A stretch of DNA of 64,000 bases from Roseburia sp. (GCA_051877675.1 JBJEJC010000046.1:1738-65737), one strand, 5' to 3'. Shown: positions 45,808-55,139, counted from the stretch's first letter. Numbers and translations: made by a program. Notes: generated by a model not told the origin, from the letters alone.

Positions 45808-46659
45808 CTAATAGAACGTATTCACCAGATTTCCGATCAAGAGATTCCATCCATCTGCCAATATAAACAGTAATATCTTGAATGGAAGGGAAATGGTTGT
45901 CGGCGGCAGCATCATCATACCCATCGACATAAGCACAGACGCCACTACCATATCAATTACAATAAACGGTATGTAAATTACAAAGCCTAAAATAAATGCA
46001 TAACGCAGTTCGCTGATAATAAATGCAGGAACCAGGGTAGTCATCGGAATATCGTCATAAGATTCGTAGGTCTCCCCCTCTGAATCCATATCAACGAAAA
46101 GCTTTAAATCCTTCTCCTGAACCTGTCCATACATGAACTGACGAATCGGTCCCTCCGCTTCTTCCAGCGCTTCCTCCATCGTAATCTCTCCGGCATCCAG
46201 CGGTTTAATCGCATTCTCATTAATCTGCTGGAACGTGGGCCACATGATAAAAAATGTGATAAAAAGTGCCAGACCAATCAGCACCTGATTCGGTGGTGAT
46301 GTCTGCGTACCGATTGCAGTCCTGACAAAATGAAGTACTATAATGACTCTGGTGTAAGAAGTCATCATAATCAAAATGGAGGGTGCCAGCGCCAGCACTG
46401 TCAGAACCAGAAGTGCACGAATTGGTGTAGACACAGCCCCGGTATCGTTGTTATAGGTAATGGAAAGCCCATTATTGTTGTCACTCGTAGCGCTTGCTGT
46501 ACTTTTCTCATCCGGATCTGTAAATCCACTGATGCTGTCCGGATCCATAGATGCCGCATACACTCTGGTAGTTCCACAGGATACCGTTACCACTGCAACA
46601 AGTACAATCACTGCAAAAAGGAACGAGACGATGCAATATATTTTTTTAAATTTTGTCAT
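45808..46659 (-). CDS. fliP: Flagellar export protein FliP
   Basis: MTSYTR, PPNQVLIGLALF, PAFIISEL, MGMMMLPP..ISLPFK. Confidence 0.97.
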   Translation of the reverse strand: MTKFKKIYCIVSFLFAVIVLVAVVTVSCGTTRVYAASMDPDSISGFTDPDEKSTASATSDNNNGLSITYNNDTGAVSTPIRALLVLTVLALAPSILIMMTSYTRVIIVLHFVRTAIGTQTSPPNQVLIGLALFITFFIMWPTFQQINENAIKPLDAGEITMEEALEEAEGPIRQFMYGQVQEKDLKLFVDMDSEGETYESYDDIPMTTLVPAFIISELRYAFILGFVIYIPFIVIDMVVASVLMSMGMMMLPPTTISLPFKILLFILADGWNLLIGNLVNTFY

Positions 46660-46668
46660 AGTCTAACC

Positions 46669-47025
46669 CTATTTCTGTTCCTTAAACTTCTCCAGAATAT
46701 CCTTAAACTGTCTTGAAGTTGTCTGCTCTGTCACCTCCGGCAGCTCCGTGAGCTGCTCTTTAGTCAACTGTGCCAGCATGGATACTTCCTCTTTGCCCAC
46801 TGCTACCACAAGGTAAAGTTCACCTGCTTTCACAATCTCTATGTACTTTCCATTGGCAATTTGCAGGGTTTCTATAATCTGAAGATTCTTATTGTGCATC
46901 TTCGACTTCTGAAATCCTCCCAGCCATTTTGTGGTAAAGTAGGTCAGTGCCAGCACAAGAAGAAAAATCAGAATTGCCCCTAAAAGCTGGACAAAGCTGT
47001 TTAAGGAAGACGTCAGCAGTATCAT
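46669..47025 (-). CDS. fliO: Flagellar protein FliO/FliZ
   Basis: N-terminal TM plus LQIIETLQI..GKYIEIVKAG; located between cheY and fliP. Confidence 0.85.
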   Translation of the reverse strand: MILLTSSLNSFVQLLGAILIFLLVLALTYFTTKWLGGFQKSKMHNKNLQIIETLQIANGKYIEIVKAGELYLVVAVGKEEVSMLAQLTKEQLTELPEVTEQTTSRQFKDILEKFKEQK

Positions 47026-47026
47026 A

Positions 47027-47386
47027 TTAACCAACTACTTTTTTCACAGCTTCCAGTACACGCTCTGCCTGGAACGGTTTTACAATAAAATCCTTTGCAC
47101 CGGACTGAATTGCTTCAATAACCATTGCCTGCTGTCCCATAGCAGAACACATAATAACATTGGCTCCTGCATCAATTGCTTTGATTTTCTTTAATGCCTG
47201 AATTCCATCCATATCCGGCATGGTGATATCCATAAGCACCAGATCCGGTTTTACTTCCGGATACTTCTCTACAGCCACTGCCCCATTCTCTGCCTCTGCA
47301 GCAATCTCATAACCATTCTTTGTTAAGATGTCCTTAATCATCATTCTCATAAAAGCAGCATCGTCACAAATCATAATTTTTGCCAT
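47027..47386 (-). CDS. cheY: Chemotaxis response regulator CheY
   Basis: DDAAFMRMM, DITMP, CSAMGQQ, KPF. Confidence 0.96.
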   Translation of the reverse strand: MAKIMICDDAAFMRMMIKDILTKNGYEIAAEAENGAVAVEKYPEVKPDLVLMDITMPDMDGIQALKKIKAIDAGANVIMCSAMGQQAMVIEAIQSGAKDFIVKPFQAERVLEAVKKVVG

Positions 47387-47500
47387 ATCTCTTTTCTCCT
47401 ATTCTTAATAATTTACATTTTGTTCTAAATACGCTGTACCTGCACATGTTTCGTGCCACCGGTACATTCTATACACACACCGGTTTCCCGGTATTGTGAA

Positions 47501-48676
47501 TTATTTGATAATCTCGGTAATCCGGATACCGTAGCTTTCCTCGATAATGACTACCTCACCCTTCGCAACGTATTTTCCGTTGACCAGCACATCGATTGGC
47601 TCTCCTGCGATTCGGTTCAGTTCAAGAATTGTTCCCGGAGCAAAGTCCAAAATCTCCTTAATGGATTTTGTAGTCCTGCCAAGCTCGACGGTTACCTCAA
47701 GCGGCACATCCATAATCAAATCAATATTTTCAGGTCCGTAATTTACCGGCATACTGCCGTTAAACGCCTGAAACTGTGCTGGCTGCACATTTACCTGCTG
47801 TTGTCCATACATCTGCGACATCTCCTGACTCATCATAGGCTGCCCCATCATAGGCGGCATCATCATAGGCTGTCCCATCATAGGCTGTGCCTGCGGATTC
47901 ATTGTCATCTGTGGCTGGCTTACTGCCTGCTGTGGTGCTGGAGGCGGCGCTGCCTGCGGCTGACCTGATGCCTGTGATTCCTTTAAGGTTGCCTCTGTAT
48001 CCGCTTCCATATTTGCTGCTGTGCTTCGACACATTTCCTTTGCAAAGGAATACGGATATAACTGCATCAGTTCGCTGTTGACCACATCACCGATTTCCAT
48101 TTTAAATGTGATTCTTACGAATTCACCTGACAGGAATTCATCAATAGCACTTTCATCGACGGTTTCCTGTAAATCTATCAAATCCGCCACTGGCGGGCTG
48201 ATATCAATTACCTTACTTAACATGGAAGAAAGTGACGTTGCCGCGGAACCCATCATCTGGTTCATTGCCTCGCTGATTGCGCTCAAATGAAGCTCTCCCA
48301 GCTCACCCTCCACGTTGGAGCCATCTCCTCCCATCATAAGGTCTGTAATGGCTTTTACATCATTTTCCCTAAGGACCAGAATGTTATTTCCATCCAATCC
48401 TACCGTATAGGCAATCCGAATAAATACACAAGGACGCTCATACGCTGCCACGATATCGCTCCATGTAGCAAAAGACACCACCGGAGTCGAAATATCTACT
48501 TTGCGGTTTACCAGAGAAGACAGCGTAGTCGCTGCAGTTCCCATACTGATATTGGCAATCTCACCAATTGCATCTTTTTCATCATTTGTAAGCTGCTCCG
48601 GCGAATCGCCGCTACTCAGACCAGCAGAATTGTTCAGTAGTGCATTGATTTCTTCCTGAGACATACTTCCATCCAT
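47501..48676 (-). CDS. fliY: Flagellar switch phosphatase FliY
   Basis: CheC-like EIANISMG and EAMNQMMG plus a FliN-like C-terminus (DVPLEVTVELG, GEVVII). Confidence 0.95.
   Translation of the reverse strand: MDGSMSQEEINALLNNSAGLSSGDSPEQLTNDEKDAIGEIANISMGTAATTLSSLVNRKVDISTPVVSFATWSDIVAAYERPCVFIRIAYTVGLDGNNILVLRENDVKAITDLMMGGDGSNVEGELGELHLSAISEAMNQMMGSAATSLSSMLSKVIDISPPVADLIDLQETVDESAIDEFLSGEFVRITFKMEIGDVVNSELMQLYPYSFAKEMCRSTAANMEADTEATLKESQASGQPQAAPPPAPQQAVSQPQMTMNPQAQPMMGQPMMMPPMMGQPMMSQEMSQMYGQQQVNVQPAQFQAFNGSMPVNYGPENIDLIMDVPLEVTVELGRTTKSIKEILDFAPGTILELNRIAGEPIDVLVNGKYVAKGEVVIIEESYGIRITEIIK
47831..47890. repeat. 4 x 15-nt tandem repeat encoding (x)QPMM units in the FliY linker
   Basis: catcataggc-NNNNN units at 47831, 47846, 47861 and 47876. 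Confidence 0.85.
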
Positions 48677-48678
48677 CT

Positions 48679-49659
48679 CTACTGCTCCTCCCTAATCACT
48701 GTTGTAATCCTTACTGCATAATTATCACCGGATGCACCCGGCAGAGCAGTAAATTTCTTAATATTTCCAACATAAACATCCAGTTCTTCATCCACTTTGG
48801 TATCGAGCCGGATTATGTCTCCCATTTGTAAGCCCAAAAAGTCGTTTACAGAAATAGTGCTGTTTCCAAGTACGGCTTTAATCGGCATCGGCGCTTTGGA
48901 AATCAAAGCCTCAACTGCATCGGTATATACCTGTTCATCCCGCTCCTGCTGGCTTGCATACCAGTACTTGGTATTCAGCTTATCCATCACGTTCTCCAAC
49001 GTAATGTAGGGCAGACAGATATTAATCAGTCCCTCCACCTCACCGATTTTGATGTTCAGGGTAACCAGCGCGATCATCTCGGAAGGTGATATAATCTGGG
49101 CATATTGTGAATTTGTCTCGATCCGCTCCAGGCGTGGAGTAATCTCACACACATTCTGCCACGGGTCCGTCAGAAGATTGACACAGACATTAAATATCCT
49201 CTCAATAATCAAAAGCTCTATCTCTGAAAACTCTCTGGTTTTCTCCAGTGGGTTACCCAGACCGCCAAGCATTCGGTCTACAATAGCATAACCGATATTC
49301 TCCGCAACCTCCAGAATAATATTTCCCTTTAATGGTGCAAAGTTTACGATTCCAAGCAGAACCGGATTAGACAATGCATTGGAAAACTCGGAATATGTCA
49401 CTGCCTCAGAACTCATAACCTCCACCTGCACATTTTTGCGCAGATACACCGGAAGGTTTGTCGACAGCAGCCGCCCATAATGTTCAAAAATAATTTCCAG
49501 AGTACGCAAATGTTCTTTTGAGAACTTTGCAGGACGGGCAAAATCATAATTTTTAACCGGTTTTTCTTTATTCTCTTTTATTTCATCTACATCTAGTTCA
49601 CCCTTGCTCAGAGCACTGAGCAGGCTGTCTATCTCATTCTGAGATAAGACTTCACCCAT
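48679..49659 (-). CDS. fliM: Flagellar motor switch protein FliM
   Basis: LSQNEIDSLL, YDFARP.KFSKEHLR, GDIIRLD. Confidence 0.97.
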   Translation of the reverse strand: MGEVLSQNEIDSLLSALSKGELDVDEIKENKEKPVKNYDFARPAKFSKEHLRTLEIIFEHYGRLLSTNLPVYLRKNVQVEVMSSEAVTYSEFSNALSNPVLLGIVNFAPLKGNIILEVAENIGYAIVDRMLGGLGNPLEKTREFSEIELLIIERIFNVCVNLLTDPWQNVCEITPRLERIETNSQYAQIISPSEMIALVTLNIKIGEVEGLINICLPYITLENVMDKLNTKYWYASQQERDEQVYTDAVEALISKAPMPIKAVLGNSTISVNDFLGLQMGDIIRLDTKVDEELDVYVGNIKKFTALPGASGDNYAVRITTVIREEQ

Positions 49660-49690
49660 TCTCTCTCACCACCTAATATATTTTGAAGTA

Positions 49691-50218
49691 TTACTGCACA
49701 TTCACGTCAGAGAAATTGACTGCAACGATGAAGTCTGATCCCCCAAACATTCCCTGCAGGGCAGCTAAAATGTCATTCTTGACCGCCTGATAGGAATCCG
49801 CGCTGAACTCATCCGCGGTATAACCGGCTACCAGTGAATTGATCTCACTGCGGATAATGGTCTCCTTTGCGGAAAGTCCCTCAGTTCCACTATATGTTTT
49901 GTAGCCTTCGCTCTTGGTGTTGATGGAAAGTCCCACAGAAAATACTGCATAATGTGTTTTCCCGTCCCCATCACTCTGAAGGTTCACTGTAAAACTGTCT
50001 GTAATATTATATACCTCAATATCCTCCATGGGAACCGTTGGTGTTCCGGGATCCGCTTTTCCAGCCTCCAGATCCAGATTGATTGCAGTACAGATCTGAT
50101 CAATCAATGCGTTTGATTTCTTTGTCTGGGGAATAATCGTAAATGCGAGGATTGCTGTCAGTACAAGGTTCGCCAGTACCAGTGCTAAAATGATTACTGT
50201 TATCAGATTCTTTTTCAT
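49691..50218 (-). CDS. fliL: Flagellar basal body-associated protein FliL
   Basis: N-terminal TM, FTVNL and VNFSD; located between motB and fliM. Confidence 0.85.
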   Translation of the reverse strand: MKKNLITVIILALVLANLVLTAILAFTIIPQTKKSNALIDQICTAINLDLEAGKADPGTPTVPMEDIEVYNITDSFTVNLQSDGDGKTHYAVFSVGLSINTKSEGYKTYSGTEGLSAKETIIRSEINSLVAGYTADEFSADSYQAVKNDILAALQGMFGGSDFIVAVNFSDVNVQ

Positions 50219-50235
50219 ACGTCTTCCTTCCCAAT

Positions 50236-51042
50236 TCAATCTAAATTTGAATTATATGAATTGTATATTTTAATTTCAACACGCCGGTTTAAGGCTCTCC
50301 CCTCCGGAGTTGAGTTTTCTGCAATCGGTCTGTATTCCCCCCGTCCGGAAGACTTAAGATATGCCGGATCAATGGTGGTTGCATTCCTAAGATAATCTGC
50401 CACCGTCAGCGCACGGAACATAGATAAAACGTTATTATCCGCATATTTGCTGGAGCTTTGGGGCACATTATCGGTATGACCCTCTACCTCAATAATATTC
50501 TGGTCATACTTTTCAATGATCTTGCCCAGTTTCTCAATCAGTGGATATGCCTCCTCCTTAATATCCGCTTCACCGGAATCAAAGAGCAGGGTACCGTTCA
50601 TATTCAGCAACACATACTCCGCATTAAAACTGACATCCACATCATCCTGAATTCCATACTGCTTCAGCGACGCTTCAATCTCCTCCGCCATTTTCTCGGA
50701 CTCAGAAAGTTCCAGCTTCTGGTAGGCTTCCTCCACGTCAGCTTCTTCTTCCTCATTCCGGGATTCTGAATTCGTCTTGTCCTTGTAGTAGTTGTCCAAC
50801 AGTTCCAGCTGGCTGACACCAGACGATATCAGTGTTCCCTCTCCCACGGCCGAGCCGCCGTTGGGCAGAATGCTGAATGTATTCTGAAAGGACGCGATAA
50901 CTGCCTGGAACTTTTCTTCCTCCACAGAGGACATGGAAAAGAGCAACACGAAGAAGCACAGCAGCAAATTCATCAGATCCGAGAACGTATTCATCCATGC
51001 CGGAGAACCTTTAGGTGGGTCTTCTTTTCTCTGTTTTGCCAC
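50236..51042 (-). CDS. motB: Flagellar stator protein MotB/PomB
   Basis: WMNTFSDLMNLLLCFFVLL, OmpA-like VEGHTDN, LS..RA and NRRVEI. Confidence 0.95.
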   Translation of the reverse strand: MAKQRKEDPPKGSPAWMNTFSDLMNLLLCFFVLLFSMSSVEEEKFQAVIASFQNTFSILPNGGSAVGEGTLISSGVSQLELLDNYYKDKTNSESRNEEEEADVEEAYQKLELSESEKMAEEIEASLKQYGIQDDVDVSFNAEYVLLNMNGTLLFDSGEADIKEEAYPLIEKLGKIIEKYDQNIIEVEGHTDNVPQSSSKYADNNVLSMFRALTVADYLRNATTIDPAYLKSSGRGEYRPIAENSTPEGRALNRRVEIKIYNSYNSNLD

Positions 51043-51845
51043 TACTCTTCACCTCCAGCGCCAGCTTCCGGCTCGTTAGCACGAGCAGAAGGAGCCAGGA
51101 ACGACTTCAGTTTTTCTTCTATGACACGGGGATTCTCCCCTGCCTGAATGGACAGGATACCCTCCACCGTTATTTCCTTGAGCATCATCTCAATATCATT
51201 GTTTACTTTCAGTTTGGAAGCAATCGGATTACATAACCAGTTTGCAACCAGCGAACCATACAATGTGGTTACCAGTGCAACAGCCATGGACGGTCCGATA
51301 GATGACGGGTCGTCCATCTTTTTTAACATAAGAATAAGACCGATGAGTGTACCGATCATTCCCCATGCAGGACCAAGTTCTGCCCATTTCTCCCATACAG
51401 CAATGGATTTCTTATGCCGGGTCTCCACACATATCATATCTGTCTCCATGATGCCGCGAACCAGTTCCGGATCCGTACCATCTACTACCAGCATGATTCC
51501 TTTCTTCAAAAAGTCATCCTCAATCCCGTTTGCCGCTTCCTCTAATGCCAGAAGCCCCTCTTTTCTGGCTATGTTCGCAAGATCCAGAATATTCTTGATT
51601 GTAACCGCCGGGTCCATTGCTTTATCTTTAAATGCCAGTGCTGCACTCTTTAAACCGTTGATAAAATCCTTAAGTTTATAAGACCCCAGTGTACTCGATA
51701 ACGAACCACCAATGGTGATGATGAACGACGCAGTGTCCCACATATTTTTCAGTCCCGCAACACCGCTGTTCGATATTACTCCAAATGCGAACATTACCAC
51801 ACCAAGTATGATTCCTGCTAAAGACGCTATATCCAATTTATCCAC
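51042..51845 (-). CDS. motA: Flagellar stator protein MotA/PomA
   Basis: ARKEGLLALE, PAWGMIGTLIGL, AVALVTTLYG, IQAGENPR. Confidence 0.96.
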   Translation of the reverse strand: MDKLDIASLAGIILGVVMFAFGVISNSGVAGLKNMWDTASFIITIGGSLSSTLGSYKLKDFINGLKSAALAFKDKAMDPAVTIKNILDLANIARKEGLLALEEAANGIEDDFLKKGIMLVVDGTDPELVRGIMETDMICVETRHKKSIAVWEKWAELGPAWGMIGTLIGLILMLKKMDDPSSIGPSMAVALVTTLYGSLVANWLCNPIASKLKVNNDIEMMLKEITVEGILSIQAGENPRVIEEKLKSFLAPSARANEPEAGAGGEE

Positions 51846-51867
51846 CTGCCATCCTTGAATTTTTGGT

Positions 51868-51887
51868 TTCCGGAAATATTTCCGGAA
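51868..51887. promoter_or_regulatory. Perfect 20-bp palindrome in the motA leader
   Basis: TTCCGGAAATATTTCCGGAA, between the promoter and the RBS. Confidence 0.45.
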
Positions 51888-51930
51888 TTTTCATCCGTGA
51901 AAAACTGCACTATTTTTCCTTTTGTGTATA

Positions 51931-51959
51931 ATTCTACTAAACTTTTGACTTCTTGTCTA
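51931..51959 (-). promoter_or_regulatory. Internal sigma-A promoter upstream of motA
   Basis: Minus strand TAGACA-17 nt-TAGAAT. Confidence 0.6.
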
Positions 51960-52013
51960 CTTTCTTTTGCAATTTATTGCTTTCCATGCTGTATATACAC
52001 AACATATCTCGGC

Positions 52014-52069
52014 AAGAAAACCGTATAACCCGGTCCTTAACCCGTACAAAAGGACTAGGTTACACGGTT
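52014..52069 (-). terminator. Terminator downstream of flgE
   Basis: Minus strand AACCGTGTAACCTAGTCCTT-loop-AAGGACCGGGTTATACGGTT-TTCTT; a second hairpin lies at 52080-52113. Confidence 0.6.
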
Positions 52070-52151
52070 AGTATACCACATCTGGTAGAAAGTGTGAATA
52101 CTTTTTACCAGATACATGTTAAATTTCTAGTTTTGTCTGTCAAAAGAAGAA

Positions 52152-53882
52152 TTAGCGCTTCAGGTTTACCAGCTCCTCTAACAGTGTGTCTGATGTGGTG
52201 ATGACACGGGAGTTTGCCTGGAAACCACGCTGCGTGATAATCATCTGGGTAAACTCTGTGGACAGGTCAACGTTGGACATTTCCAGTTCTCCGGTCGTCA
52301 TAGAACTTCCGTCTGCAGAGATATCCACACCGATACCATCGAAATCACCGGAGTTCAAGGTAGTGGTATAGCAGTTATCTCCCACCTTCTCAAGACCGGA
52401 AGCATTTGCAAACTGTGCCACTGCAATCTGTCCCAGCAGGGTTGTGTTTCCGTTGTCATAGGTACCGTAAATCTTTCCGCTGGTATCAACGGAAAGTCCA
52501 ATCATGGCTCCCAGTTTCTTACCTTTTCCTGTGGTGCCGTCAAGGTCTCCGGAATCTGCTCCAATGGTGGATTTTCCTCCGTTGTTCTGGTTCAAAGACT
52601 GGCTAAAGTCAATGGAAATATCCTTGAAGTTACCGTTCGGGAACAACCCTGAGCTTGCAAGATTTAAGGTTGCTTCTTCCTGTCCCGCGCTGTTAATGTA
52701 AGAAAATGTTCCGTCTGCTGTGCTGAACTTTAAGGTATAATTTGCAACCGGAGTAATCACATTATAAGTAGGAACACCTGTGGTTGCATCCGTGGTTATT
52801 GTTCCGGTAACCTCAGAAGTGGCAGAACTGATATTGTTCCAGTCTGTCGCGCTGAAGCCGAATACCTGTGCCGGAGTAAGAGTTACGGTATCCGATGTTA
52901 CAGGGTCCGTATATGTATATCCCGTCACATTGCCTCCCGCATCCGTTACTGCAGTAAGTGCCACGGTAGAGGTGTCAGATATCTTATAGTAATAACTGCT
53001 GTCCGTCGTATTGTAAAATGCAGTTCCGTCGGCAATCGCCGGATCATCCGTTGTCGCGTTTCCGGTAGTACTGGTTGCAATTGTGTAGGATGCCGTATCT
53101 GTACCTGCATTTCCGAACAAGGCTGCTTTCTGTGCATTGGTAAAGTTTGCAATCAAATCGTTTCCTTCCGAATCCAGCAACGCCGAAAGCTCCACAGAAT
53201 ACTGGCACTGATCCTTATTCACTGCGCGAACTGCAAATCTTGCCGTATACTGATATCCCAGATCGTCATAGAAATTCAGTGTCATGATTTTGCCGGCATC
53301 ACTGGTCACATCCGAATCATTTTTATCCAGAATGCCGGAAACCGTTCCGTTGGTGGTTGCTTCCGGTGCAGAAGTTAAATTCTCCTGCTTCATCACACGA
53401 AGTGCGGAAACCGTATCCTTCTGAATCTCACCGGTAGTAGGATCAACCTGCCATCCCATCACGTTGTATCCGGTGGTGGTCATACATAAGTTTCCTGCTC
53501 CGTCCACATAGAAAGCGCCGGATCTGGTGAACAGATTTTCTGAACCGTTATTTACAATGAAAAAGTTTGTTGTATTGGAATCTGCCAAACGGATATCCAG
53601 TCCGTCACCGGTGGTCTCCGCTGCGCCTGCAGATGTAATACTGATTTTGGTAGCTGCTGCGGTAACACCAAGACCAATCTGCTTGGCATTGACACCACCC
53701 ACGCCCGTAGCTGCATTCGCGCCGGATGCATTGGATGTGGTCTGATAAAGGATATCGCTGAATGTAACAGAGGATGACTTAAATGCTACTGTGTTGACAT
53801 TGGCAATGTTGTTACCAATTACGTCCATTTTTGTCTGATGTGTCTTTAAACCTGACACAGCAGAGTACATTGATCTCATCAT
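52152..53882 (-). CDS. flgE: Flagellar hook protein FlgE
   Basis: MMRSMYSAVSGL...IGNNIANVNT, FTRSGAF, LEMSNVDLSTEFTQMIITQRGFQANSR. Confidence 0.96.
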   Translation of the reverse strand: MMRSMYSAVSGLKTHQTKMDVIGNNIANVNTVAFKSSSVTFSDILYQTTSNASGANAATGVGGVNAKQIGLGVTAAATKISITSAGAAETTGDGLDIRLADSNTTNFFIVNNGSENLFTRSGAFYVDGAGNLCMTTTGYNVMGWQVDPTTGEIQKDTVSALRVMKQENLTSAPEATTNGTVSGILDKNDSDVTSDAGKIMTLNFYDDLGYQYTARFAVRAVNKDQCQYSVELSALLDSEGNDLIANFTNAQKAALFGNAGTDTASYTIATSTTGNATTDDPAIADGTAFYNTTDSSYYYKISDTSTVALTAVTDAGGNVTGYTYTDPVTSDTVTLTPAQVFGFSATDWNNISSATSEVTGTITTDATTGVPTYNVITPVANYTLKFSTADGTFSYINSAGQEEATLNLASSGLFPNGNFKDISIDFSQSLNQNNGGKSTIGADSGDLDGTTGKGKKLGAMIGLSVDTSGKIYGTYDNGNTTLLGQIAVAQFANASGLEKVGDNCYTTTLNSGDFDGIGVDISADGSSMTTGELEMSNVDLSTEFTQMIITQRGFQANSRVITTSDTLLEELVNLKR

Positions 53883-53963
53883 AGTTGAAATGACCTCCTA
53901 AGTCTAACGTGCTGTCTGCTCCCTTCTGTCAGTCCGGGAGGAATAGCTTCCATAAAGGTCCGG

Positions 53964-54359
53964 CTATACAATCACAGCACCGTCAATATTTGTAAAAATG
54001 TTTTCATCGGATTCCGTCTGATCCATTGCTGTCACCACGGTTCTGTTGGGGACATTTACAATGAATGCCAGTGAATCCATAAGTACCAAAGACTCCCGAA
54101 TTCCCTTTTCGTCTGCCTTATGAACACCATTCTCCAACCGCTCGCTCTGCTCCTGTGAAAGACTGATATTCCGGTCTAAAAGGCGCATCGCTGCATGCTT
54201 GGAAAACTTTAATTCAGAACTGCCAGTAATCTCCTGTTTCTGTTTTAGGATTTCCTCAAAAGAGATGCTGGAAGATTTTACCGCATCCGTGCTTTTCCGG
54301 TTCAGATACTGGTCAGTTACCTGCTCAATGGAAGCAAACTGGTTACTGATCTTATTCAT
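53964..54359 (-). CDS. Putative flagellar operon protein (TIGR02530-like)
   Basis: LKFSKHA..RL..RNI, KG.RESLVL, NRTVVTAMD, NIFTNIDGAVI; located between flgD and flgE. Confidence 0.88.
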   Translation of the reverse strand: MNKISNQFASIEQVTDQYLNRKSTDAVKSSSISFEEILKQKQEITGSSELKFSKHAAMRLLDRNISLSQEQSERLENGVHKADEKGIRESLVLMDSLAFIVNVPNRTVVTAMDQTESDENIFTNIDGAVIV

Positions 54360-54376
54360 AAACCCATCTTCCTTTC

Positions 54377-55111
54377 CTAGGAAACGCTGTCTGTGCTGCC
54401 TGCCGTGTCAGAACTGTCTGTTCCATCCGTGCTGCCCGCTGTGTCGGAACTGTCTTCCGTGCCGGAGCTGCTGTCTGACTCTTCCGCAGCCGCCACAAGC
54501 TCCTTCATACGTGCCACAAGACTCTGAAACGTAGTCAGTGTATCATTGTCAATATAGGATTTCTGGTAAGCACTAAGACTGCTATAAACCGCAGAAAGAT
54601 TCTCCACATCCTCCTGCCATGCCAGCGTCAGTTTGTTTACTGACGGCAGTGCAGCCACTGCATTGCCAAAAGACTCCGCCAGTGTAACCGCTTCCATATA
54701 GTCCACATCTGCAACCTCATACACATCCGATGCCTTGTACAGACTTCCGTTAATACTTAAATACGGCGTATTGTTCTCATACTGCACATAATCCACAAAC
54801 CCCGCCACTGCAGTGGTCTCGCCTGTGGTTGCCGAAGTAGACTTCACAATTACATACTGTCCCACCAAAGCATTTGCATTGTTGCTTTCAATGGTGTTCT
54901 GCATGCTTAGTGTTGCTTCCATCTGGGAAAAAGTCGCCAACTGTGCCACATATTCCGTATTGCTGGTAGGTTCCAACGGGTCCTGATACTGCATCTCAGC
55001 ACACAATAACTGTAAGAACTGATCATATCCCAAGTCGTTGGTATTCCTGCTGGTATCTTCTGTGGTGGTCTCAACTACCTTTCCATTTTCTATAGGTGTA
55101 ATTAACGCCAT
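54377..55111 (-). CDS. flgD: Flagellar hook capping protein FlgD with C-terminal extension
   Basis: LGYDQFLQLL.AEMQYQDPLEP.....YVAQLATFSQME. Confidence 0.93.
   Translation of the reverse strand: MALITPIENGKVVETTTEDTSRNTNDLGYDQFLQLLCAEMQYQDPLEPTSNTEYVAQLATFSQMEATLSMQNTIESNNANALVGQYVIVKSTSATTGETTAVAGFVDYVQYENNTPYLSINGSLYKASDVYEVADVDYMEAVTLAESFGNAVAALPSVNKLTLAWQEDVENLSAVYSSLSAYQKSYIDNDTLTTFQSLVARMKELVAAAEESDSSSGTEDSSDTAGSTDGTDSSDTAGSTDSVS
54390..54455. repeat. 2 x 36-nt tandem repeat (DSSDTAGSTD) at the FlgD C-terminus
   Basis: gtgctgcc.gc.gtgtc.gaactgtc at 54393 and 54429. Confidence 0.75.
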
Positions 55112-55139
55112 TCTTCTTCTCCTTTCTGCTTGTAAGCTG

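Noticed and set aside
47387-47500. Possible c-di-GMP riboswitch between fliY and cheY
   Set aside because: Only short imperfect stems are present; I could not find the GEMM consensus elements.
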